This document shows positions 57,113-64,000 of a stretch of 64,000 nucleotides of DNA, piece by piece; position 1 is the stretch's first letter, and each line of letters opens with the position of its first letter. The translations under genes and the position numbers were made by a program. Origin of the DNA: an uncultured bacterium (GTDB taxonomy: Bacteria; Patescibacteriota; Dojkabacteria; J137); the NCBI GenBank assembly GCA_963700155.1, contig OY969472.1, positions 680,690 to 744,689 of the forward strand. Reading direction: 5' to 3'. The notes below the pieces were generated by a model that was given only the letters and a program-made list of their open reading frames with translations, searched no databases and had not been told where the DNA came from.

Positions 57113-58546
57113 ATGGCCTTTTTTTCTAAACAAAATACTCAACAAGGACAACCTGTTGGTGATACAAATGCACAAAGTGGTGTTATATCTTCGAGCACTC
57201 CTAATGCGGAAAATGTCCAAAACAAAGATAATCTAAATATTGAGAACAATAATTCTACCTTACAATTTAATACAAAGGCTAATGATACTTATAGCCAAAA
57301 TTATAACGGGAAACTTAATTTGAACCAGCCTGTTAATTTGAATATTAATAACGAGGGGTTAAAAAGTGTAACTCCAAATATCCAAGAGTCTCAACTAGAT
57401 CAACAATCACCGAATAACACACTTCAGAATTTACCTCCATTAGATATAAACCCAGCTATCCAAAATGCTGATAATGACTTAAGTTTTGCAAATTATTCTT
57501 TAGATCAAATTCTTAAAGAGGCGATAAATGCTAAAGCATCAGATGTACATTTTACAGTCGGATATAGAGCAATGATTAGAGTTGATGGTGAACTCAGGAC
57601 GTTCAAGTCTTCTCTTTTAACCCCAGAAATAACTACAGAATTTGTGAAGCATGTTATAAGTTATAGAAAAGATTTAAAAATTGATGATATTCATGAAGCT
57701 GATCTAACCTATGCTCTTGATAATAGAAGATTTAGAGTAAATGTATTTAAAGAGATGGGGTCTTTTTCACTTGCTTTTAGGATTATTCCAGAAAAAATTG
57801 CAAGCCTTGATGATTTAAATCTTCCACCAATCTTAAAAGAGTTTACCAAATTCCCTAATGGATTGGTGTTAGTAACTGGACCAACAGGAAGTGGTAAATC
57901 AACAACTATAGCTTCAATAATTAATAATATTAACTTAACTCAAGCAAAGCATATAATTTCAGTTGAGGATCCTGTTGAATATGTATTCCCAAAAGCAGTT
58001 TCTTTAATTGACCAGAGAGAATTTGGTGTAGATTTTACTTCATGGACTACAGCTTTAAGATCTGTCTTAAGACAAGATCCTGATATTGTTATTGTTGGAG
58101 AGATGAGAGATTTAGATTCAATCGAAGCTGCGTTGCAAATAGCAGATACCGGACATTTGGTATTTGCTACTTTACATACCAATGGTGCAGCTCAAACAAT
58201 CGATAGAATTATTGATATTTTTCCAGCAGCAAAACAAGATCAAATTAGAATTCAAGTTTCTTCCGTTCTACGAGCTGTAATTTCGCAGAAACTGGTTTCT
58301 TTACCAACCAAAGGAAGAACACCAGTTAGTGAAATATTAATAGCAAATGCTGCTGTAGGAAATGCGATTAGGGATAAGAAGGTATTCTTAATCGATAATA
58401 TTATTCAGACAAGTAGTGAAGAAGGTATGATTTCATTAGAAAAATCTTTGGTCAGTCTTGTTCAAAAAGGTCAGATTTCAATCGACACAGCAAAGAGTTT
58501 AAGTTTAAGACCAAAAGAGATAGATATTCTTTTACATAATACATAA
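57113..58546 (+). CDS. pilT: Type IV pilus retraction ATPase PilT-like, with a ~135-aa N/Q/S-rich low-complexity N-terminal extension
   Basis: PilT core starts at ~aa 135 (ILKEAINAKASDVHFTVGYRAMIRVDGEL). Walker A GPTGSGKSTT. The N-terminal 130 aa are Asn/Gln-rich. Confidence 0.85.
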   Translation: MAFFSKQNTQQGQPVGDTNAQSGVISSSTPNAENVQNKDNLNIENNNSTLQFNTKANDTYSQNYNGKLNLNQPVNLNINNEGLKSVTPNIQESQLDQQSPNNTLQNLPPLDINPAIQNADNDLSFANYSLDQILKEAINAKASDVHFTVGYRAMIRVDGELRTFKSSLLTPEITTEFVKHVISYRKDLKIDDIHEADLTYALDNRRFRVNVFKEMGSFSLAFRIIPEKIASLDDLNLPPILKEFTKFPNGLVLVTGPTGSGKSTTIASIINNINLTQAKHIISVEDPVEYVFPKAVSLIDQREFGVDFTSWTTALRSVLRQDPDIVIVGEMRDLDSIEAALQIADTGHLVFATLHTNGAAQTIDRIIDIFPAAKQDQIRIQVSSVLRAVISQKLVSLPTKGRTPVSEILIANAAVGNAIRDKKVFLIDNIIQTSSEEGMISLEKSLVSLVQKGQISIDTAKSLSLRPKEIDILLHNT

Positions 58547-58561
58547 TAACTTTTTCCTTAT

Positions 58562-59791
58562 ATGAGTATTTATAAATATGTTGCAATAACAAAGGAAGGC
58601 AAAAGAATAACCGGTGAAACTGAGGCTGATAATAAAGAGACGGTTTTAAATTTCTTACAACAAAAAGATCTTACAATTGTATCAGTTAGCGAGAAGGTTG
58701 GTGTAAAACTTAACGAAATGCTTTCTAATGATATAGGTGGACTTCCACTAAAAGAAAGATTAATCCTTGTAAAGCAATTAGCAACTATGATCTCTGCAGG
58801 AATTCCAGTAATTCAAGCCATAGATATTCTTGTACAACAAGCGGAACGTCCCTCACTTAAAGCAAAACTTCAAGATGTTTATAAAAGTATAGAATCAGGT
58901 TCTTCTCTTTCAGAGGCATTTAGAAGACAACCTGGAATATTTACTGATATTCATTTGAGTTTGCTTGCTGCTGGTGAAAAAAGTGCAAACCTGAACGAAA
59001 TGCTTTTAAAAATTGCAGATGATCTAGAAAAAAGTAACAATTTAAGAGGAAAAATTGTAGGAGCCCTAATCTACCCTTCAATAATATTCGTAGCATTAAT
59101 TGTAGTATTTATTTTAATGATTACTACAATGATTCCTCAAGTCAAGGATTTATATAAGACATTAGGACAAGATCAATTACCTGCTGTTACTCAAGTTTTA
59201 GTTGATGTGGGAAATTTATTTGTAAATCCAGTCTTTTTGGTAGTATTAGTTGTTTTGATTATTGCAGCAGTTGCATCATATAAATATGCAAATTCTACAG
59301 AAGGTGGAAAAAGATTTATTGATAGACTAAAACTTAGAATGCCAATTTTTGGACCTATTCTTAAAGAATATGAAATAGTTCAGTTCACAAGGTTAATGTC
59401 TATGTTAATGAAAAGCGGAATCCAGATTATTGAAGTGATAAATATAGTTACAAATTCTGCAGGTAATCAAGTTTATAAAGATATTCTAAAGAAAAGTGCA
59501 GATGAAGTTACTAAAGGAAGCGGTTTGGCTATGGCGATTGCTAAATATAATGAACAAGAAGCTTTCCCTTTAATTTTAGTCAGGATTATGTCAACTGGAG
59601 AGGAATCTGGCAAATTAGATCAAATTATGCAAGATATGTCAACTTTCTACCAATCAGAGCTAGATCAGGTAACCTCTAACTTGACAAAGGTTTTAGAGCC
59701 ACTTATTATGGTTATAGCTGGTGGAATGGTGGCTTTCTTAGCTATTGCGGTTTACCTACCGATTTTCCAAGTCGGCCAGTATGTACAATAA
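58562..59791 (+). CDS. pilC: Type IV pilus inner-membrane platform protein PilC (GspF family)
   Basis: Two GspF repeats and three TM segments. Position after pilB/pilT. Confidence 0.85.
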   Translation: MSIYKYVAITKEGKRITGETEADNKETVLNFLQQKDLTIVSVSEKVGVKLNEMLSNDIGGLPLKERLILVKQLATMISAGIPVIQAIDILVQQAERPSLKAKLQDVYKSIESGSSLSEAFRRQPGIFTDIHLSLLAAGEKSANLNEMLLKIADDLEKSNNLRGKIVGALIYPSIIFVALIVVFILMITTMIPQVKDLYKTLGQDQLPAVTQVLVDVGNLFVNPVFLVVLVVLIIAAVASYKYANSTEGGKRFIDRLKLRMPIFGPILKEYEIVQFTRLMSMLMKSGIQIIEVINIVTNSAGNQVYKDILKKSADEVTKGSGLAMAIAKYNEQEAFPLILVRIMSTGEESGKLDQIMQDMSTFYQSELDQVTSNLTKVLEPLIMVIAGGMVAFLAIAVYLPIFQVGQYVQ

Positions 59792-59818
59792 GTATTTTTA
59801 TTTATTATTTAATTAACT

Positions 59819-60271
59819 ATGGTAGAAAAATCAAAGTTCAAAGGTTTTACACTTCTTGAACTTATTGTCGCAATGGCTATCATTGCTGTACTTATAGGTT
59901 TGAGTTTATTAGGAATTCAAACTGTTCAAAGATCATCAAGAGATACAGAACGAAGAACAACTCTTGAAGCAATTAATCTTGAATTAACAGATTATTATGG
60001 AAATAAAAATGCATACCCTGCAGCAGCTGCAAATATGCCAATTAATAGGACATCTTCACCAAAAACAATTACAGTAGGAACTGGTGGAAAGACTGTAAAT
60101 TTAAATGGTGCAGCTACACCATTAGCTGCAACAGCTACAGATTCTGATTCATCAGGATCAGTTTACTGTTACTCGGGTGGTTCAAGTTACTCACTTGGTG
60201 TAAAATTAGAATCAGGTCAATGGTTCAACTTAGGCAATGCTACTACAGATTGTAGTACTGCTAACTTGTAA
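59819..60271 (+). CDS. Type IV (major) pilin with a prepilin leader (KG|FTLLELIVAMAIIAVL) and a C-terminal Cys pair
   Basis: Class III signal peptide with the conserved Glu at +5. Followed by a very strong terminator. Confidence 0.85.
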   Translation: MVEKSKFKGFTLLELIVAMAIIAVLIGLSLLGIQTVQRSSRDTERRTTLEAINLELTDYYGNKNAYPAAAANMPINRTSSPKTITVGTGGKTVNLNGAATPLAATATDSDSSGSVYCYSGGSSYSLGVKLESGQWFNLGNATTDCSTANL

Positions 60272-60280
60272 TAGAATTTA

Positions 60281-60317
60281 CAAAAGGGGGGTGGGGTTTT
60301 TAACCCCACCCCCCTTT
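60281..60317 (+). terminator. Strong rho-independent terminator after the pilin gene (aaaaggggggtggggtt-tttta-aaccccaccccccttt)
   Basis: 13-bp G/C stem and T-run. It is the most GC-rich element in the window. Confidence 0.9.
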
Positions 60318-60342
60318 ACTTTATAATATTAATATTCTTCAT

Positions 60343-61170
60343 GTGGCTATATATTTAGGCTCATTTCTAGTGTTTGGGTATCTTGGTGCAATCCTTTCTA
60401 AATATTTCTTTTTTATTATTAATAAACAAGATTTCTACTTTTATTTCCATAAGAATTTTGAAAGATCAATTAAACAATATTTACTTATTCCTTTAGATGG
60501 TTATTTTATATTAAGAAGTTTAGACAAGAAAGATAAAAAATATTCAAAACTGTTAAAAATTGGATTAACATCAGAAATTCTAGGTCTTGTAGTAAGTGGA
60601 ATTTTTGGATTAGAACTACTTAGTTCATACTCTACACTTTCGGCTTTTTCTTTTCTAATTTATAACGCAGTAATACTATTCTTTCTTTCAGCACTTCTTT
60701 ATCTAGCAGTTTATGATATAGTAACATTTTCGATCCCATTTGCCTTAATAAGAAATTTAACTATATTAGCTATATTTATAAATATTGCAGTTAATATAGT
60801 TAAATTTCTCTCAGAGAGTTTTGGACACCCACTTTTAACTAATGTCAGGCTCGGGAATATCGACAATTTGATTTCAGGAGTTTTGTTTGGTCTATTAATT
60901 TGGATAATCGTTAAGGTTAGTAAAGAAAAAGCCATGGGCGAAGGTGACATATACTTTGTATTAGTTCTTGGATTTATACTCGGATGGCCAAATACATTGA
61001 TTTCATTCTTAGCTACGTTAATTGTTGGCAGTATAATTTCAATTTTATATTCTTTATACATTCAAAAATTTAAAGAAGTTTTAGTCCCATTTGTTCCATT
61101 CTTAGTTTTGGGTTTTATTATTGCTTTAACTTTCGGACAAGATATTTATTCGAAATTATTTTTTATCTGA
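60343..61170 (+). CDS. pilD: Prepilin peptidase (A24 family) PilD
   Basis: Catalytic Asp motifs (AVYDIVTFSIP; MGEGDIYFVLVLG). Polytopic. Confidence 0.8.
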   Translation: MAIYLGSFLVFGYLGAILSKYFFFIINKQDFYFYFHKNFERSIKQYLLIPLDGYFILRSLDKKDKKYSKLLKIGLTSEILGLVVSGIFGLELLSSYSTLSAFSFLIYNAVILFFLSALLYLAVYDIVTFSIPFALIRNLTILAIFINIAVNIVKFLSESFGHPLLTNVRLGNIDNLISGVLFGLLIWIIVKVSKEKAMGEGDIYFVLVLGFILGWPNTLISFLATLIVGSIISILYSLYIQKFKEVLVPFVPFLVLGFIIALTFGQDIYSKLFFI

Positions 61171-61227
61171 TTGATTAACTTTCCCTATTCTTCTATACTT
61201 TCTATGTAAATAAAATTCAAATTTTCT

Positions 61228-61779
61228 ATGCTTAAAGGACTTACACTTCTGGAATTAGTTGTTGCTATGGCGATTATAGCTAGTCTTATGGGGATTGGTC
61301 TTGTAGCATTAATAAATTATAGGTCATCTGTACAACTTCAAAGTGCATATACTGATTTAGTCACTGCAATAAAAACTTTACAAAATAACGCAAATAATTC
61401 TACTTCTATTGTAACTACTGATGGTATTGGTGATCGAGTTTCTCCTGACATTTATGTTTTAAGGTTTTCTAATAATGAAGTTACTCCTTACTATTGCCTG
61501 ATACCTTCAGGAAGTGCAACTGTAAATTGTAGTTATAGTTATCCTTCTTCAGGAATAACTTCTTTCTTGGATGTGGATAATGTTTCTGTAGGCTCAAATT
61601 GTAAAGGTGCTGGTTTTTTTAGATTAACATTAGATTTAGTTTCAGTAGACAATAATACTTTTTCTGGTTCAGGAAATTATAGTACAACCGGTACATGTAC
61701 TATAACTTTAACACATAGGGCGACTAATGATACAAGAACTATTACTTTAGATTTAAAGCAAAATAAAGCAGATTTATAA
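61228..61779 (+). CDS. Minor pilin / pseudopilin with prepilin leader (KG|LTLLELVVAMAII)
   Basis: Class III signal peptide. Confidence 0.75.
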   Translation: MLKGLTLLELVVAMAIIASLMGIGLVALINYRSSVQLQSAYTDLVTAIKTLQNNANNSTSIVTTDGIGDRVSPDIYVLRFSNNEVTPYYCLIPSGSATVNCSYSYPSSGITSFLDVDNVSVGSNCKGAGFFRLTLDLVSVDNNTFSGSGNYSTTGTCTITLTHRATNDTRTITLDLKQNKADL

Positions 61780-62336
61780 TGAAGTTTAAATCGAAACTTA
61801 AAAACAATTCAAAGGCATTTAGTTTGCTTGAAGTTCTTGTTATGCTTGTCATAATTTCATTTACTATAATTTCCGCAGTTTCTTTAGTTAGCAAAATCAG
61901 CATAAGTACAAAAAATAATGAAAACGAAGATGTTATTAATGGAGTTTTACTCGAAGCAATTGAACTTTTAAAATCCCCCTCCCCTGTTCTGCTTAGTTCA
62001 GATGGTTATAATCAAGTAACGACAGATACAAATGAACACAACTTTGCACTAAAAGATACAGTTAGTGTTAAGTACTTACAATTTAATACAAATCCTAATA
62101 CTACTCTACCTACACAATGCAGTGCATCTGATTTTTATTATGTTCCAATTGTAATTAATAATAAACAGCAGCCATATAATTTATGTATGCAGATTAAAAT
62201 TAAAAGGACGTTAGTTCCAGGAACAACAGCAAATTATTATTATTTTATACAAGCATCAATTCTTTATAATATTAATGGTACTAATAAGACAGATACTTTA
62301 ACTACTTATAGATATGGTTCATTTGAAGCGCACTAA
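61779..62336 (+). CDS. Minor pilin / pseudopilin (prepilin leader ...KAFSLLEVLVMLVII)
   Basis: Class III signal peptide-like N-terminus. ATGA overlap with the previous gene. Confidence 0.7.
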   Translation: MKFKSKLKNNSKAFSLLEVLVMLVIISFTIISAVSLVSKISISTKNNENEDVINGVLLEAIELLKSPSPVLLSSDGYNQVTTDTNEHNFALKDTVSVKYLQFNTNPNTTLPTQCSASDFYYVPIVINNKQQPYNLCMQIKIKRTLVPGTTANYYYFIQASILYNINGTNKTDTLTTYRYGSFEAH

Positions 62337-62871
62337 AACTAAAAAAGCATATTCTTTGTTAGAGCTAGTTATTAGTTTGGCAATTATAGCTATCGCAAGT
62401 ATAGTTATGATTAATTTTTTAATTACCAGTGTTAAAGTAAGTATAAGTAGTTTAGCTAGAAGCACAGTAAGAGAGGAAGTTTCAAATGATGTAACTTTAA
62501 TGTCTAGAGATATTAGAAATGCTGATAAAATTGTTAGTTTAAGTTGTCCTCAAGATGGAAGTAATGTTTGTGAGATCGAACTTGTAGTTAGCGGTAATCA
62601 ATATAAGTGGAGCTTGTGTCAAGATGGATCGGTGTTTAGAGTTTGCAAAGATTTGTGGGATCAGACTACATCGACTTATATAAACCAATATACAAGTACA
62701 AAGAATGTAAATATTGATTTTATGGATATCTCATATGGTTATTCATCATCGACTAATAGTTCTGAACTTAATATTGTTTTAACCATATCAGCATCGCATG
62801 CTATTACAGGATTGGATATTAACAATGTAATCAGACAAGCTTCAGCTTCAACCAGGAACTATGAATTTTAA
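62314..62871 (+). CDS. Minor pilin / pseudopilin (prepilin leader ...KAYSLLELVISLAII)
   Basis: Class III signal peptide-like N-terminus. 23-nt overlap with the upstream gene. Confidence 0.7.
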   Translation: MVHLKRTKTKKAYSLLELVISLAIIAIASIVMINFLITSVKVSISSLARSTVREEVSNDVTLMSRDIRNADKIVSLSCPQDGSNVCEIELVVSGNQYKWSLCQDGSVFRVCKDLWDQTTSTYINQYTSTKNVNIDFMDISYGYSSSTNSSELNIVLTISASHAITGLDINNVIRQASASTRNYEF

Positions 62872-62915
62872 ATGTTATTGCAAGTATGGCAAGTCTTTAT
62901 TACAATTAAACAGAT

Positions 62916-63770
62916 ATGAAAAAAGGACAAATTTTGGTAATAACTCTTTTAGTTTTAACAATTCTAAGTATTGTTACTGTTTCTTTGGTTATATTAAATA
63001 CTAGAGATGTTGGGCAAATTGTGAATAGTGAAATTTATGATAAAGTTTATAATTCTTCTGAAACAAAGTTAAAGGAAATAGTTGGTGTGGTTGGTGACCC
63101 TACTGTCTCTCTTTCACAACTGACTAGTAAATATAATACTTGTACGAACTTGGGGGGAACTATTCTGACATATGAATGTTCATATTCTCTTCAATCTGAT
63201 TCAGATCCAGATATAAATTATAGCGATACTATTAAAGTTAGTAATGAAAAAGATATTGTTGATTATCAATTAGAAAAAGATCGTCCTTTAACACTTAATA
63301 TGGCAGGCTACACTAATAATTTGACTATTACATTAAGCAAAGCCTCTGCAGTAGAATTTACAGCAGTTTATGATGAAGGTGGTGGGGTTTATGGTTCTTT
63401 TTCTGATGTGTATGATCCTGTAGGAACTTATAGTAGCACGAATTCAAGCACAAGGTCATATTATACAAACCCTGTTCCTTCAAATACAAATTATTTTGTT
63501 TTCAATACTCCATCTGGATATAATTATAAACTTTTAAGCATAACTCCAAGATTGAAGGACCCTGGAGACAGTTTGTTAATTACGATAAAGCCATTTGATT
63601 ATTCAACTTACCCTGTCCAAATTAGGAAGTTTGAATCGAATGCTTATGAAAATGGGAATATCAATTCACCCACGGTAAAAATCATTACACAGATTCCAAT
63701 AAACCCTCAAACAAATGGACTGTTGAACTATTCTCTTCTTACCCCAGATAAAGTTAAGGTAAGTAATTAA
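62916..63770 (+). CDS. PilX-like minor pilin (MKKGQILVITLLVLTILSIVTVSLVIL)
   Basis: PilX_N-like hydrophobic N-terminus lacking the canonical G|F(T/S)LxE. Confidence 0.6.
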   Translation: MKKGQILVITLLVLTILSIVTVSLVILNTRDVGQIVNSEIYDKVYNSSETKLKEIVGVVGDPTVSLSQLTSKYNTCTNLGGTILTYECSYSLQSDSDPDINYSDTIKVSNEKDIVDYQLEKDRPLTLNMAGYTNNLTITLSKASAVEFTAVYDEGGGVYGSFSDVYDPVGTYSSTNSSTRSYYTNPVPSNTNYFVFNTPSGYNYKLLSITPRLKDPGDSLLITIKPFDYSTYPVQIRKFESNAYENGNINSPTVKIITQIPINPQTNGLLNYSLLTPDKVKVSN

Positions 63771-63845
63771 CCAATCTAAAATTTCATTTTAATTTCATTT
63801 AAATACTGATAAGATGTATTTGTTAATTATTTAGTAAAATATAGT

Positions 63846-64000
63846 ATGGCAGATATACCGGAGTTTTTTTCATTAAATTTAGGACACGATACAATAAAGG
63901 CTGCCCAAATAAAAAAAACAGGATCTTCTGTAAAATTAATTGAATTATCTTCAATGGCAACTTTGAATGGTATTCTGGATAATGATTCGGACACAGGTAT
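63846..64000 (+). CDS. pilM: Type IV pilus assembly protein PilM (actin-like ATPase), N-terminal fragment; truncated by the window end
   Basis: Hand translation from the ATG at 63846: MADIPEFFSLNLGHDTIKAAQIKKTGSSVKLIELSS... matches the PilM N-terminal motif (GIDIGxxSIKxxxL). Not in the ORF track because it runs off the end. Confidence 0.6.
   Translation, partial: MADIPEFFSLNLGHDTIKAAQIKKTGSSVKLIELSSMATLNGILDNDSDTG

Noticed and set aside
60711-61061. ORF antisense to pilD
   Set aside because: It is embedded in the prepilin peptidase gene. Hydrophobic junk translation.
1-64000. CRISPR arrays, restriction-modification, toxin-antitoxin or other canonical defence islands
   Set aside because: No regularly spaced direct repeats, no Cas-like, methyltransferase, nuclease, reverse-transcriptase or integrase genes were seen. 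The hypothetical ORFs are isolated single genes without partner genes in defence-like arrangements.
1-64000. Alternative genetic code (UGA=Gly, code 25)
   Set aside because: Long conserved genes are intact under the standard code. TGA and TAG each terminate a conserved gene (rseP, dnaB) at the expected position.

Overview
A 64 kb, very AT-rich chromosomal segment (GC roughly 30% by eye) from a small-genome bacterium that uses the standard code: the long housekeeping ORFs are intact with TGA/TAG/TAA read as stops, and TAA dominates. Gene content and compaction look like a Candidate Phyla Radiation (Patescibacteria)-type organism; this lineage call is inference. The window is mostly core information-processing genes in conserved syntenic blocks: rpsA, clpC, rho; the rpmG-tRNA(Trp)-secE-nusG-rplK-rplA-rplJ-rplL block; a tRNA Thr-Tyr-Thr cluster; dprA-topA; rpsB-tsf-frr-rseP-rpsU; dnaX-ybaB-recR; rpsF-ssb-rpsR; prfA-rpmE; dnaB; yebC-ruvCAB; gyrB-gyrA. 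Accessory content includes a 5'-truncated giant (>1359 aa) Gly/Ser/Thr/Asn-rich repeat protein with tail-fibre-like motifs at the left edge. There is a comEA-comEC locus with ComEC split into a channel gene and a separate MBL gene. An under-characterised ATP-grasp (RimK-like) + DTGA aspartic-protease fusion is co-transcribed with a polytopic membrane protein, then a nucleoside diphosphate kinase carrying an insertion, then a non-canonical tRNA. At the right edge a complete type IV pilus/competence-pilus locus begins: pilB, pilT, pilC, major pilin, pilD, three minor pilins, a pilX-like gene and the start of pilM. Non-coding items worth a look are a ~900 bp ORF-free AT-rich gap downstream of gyrA, a ~92 nt long imperfect palindrome in the rho leader, an L10-leader attenuator hairpin and structured/palindromic elements upstream of rpsB. 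No CRISPR array, restriction-modification genes, reverse transcriptase, integrase or transposase were seen.
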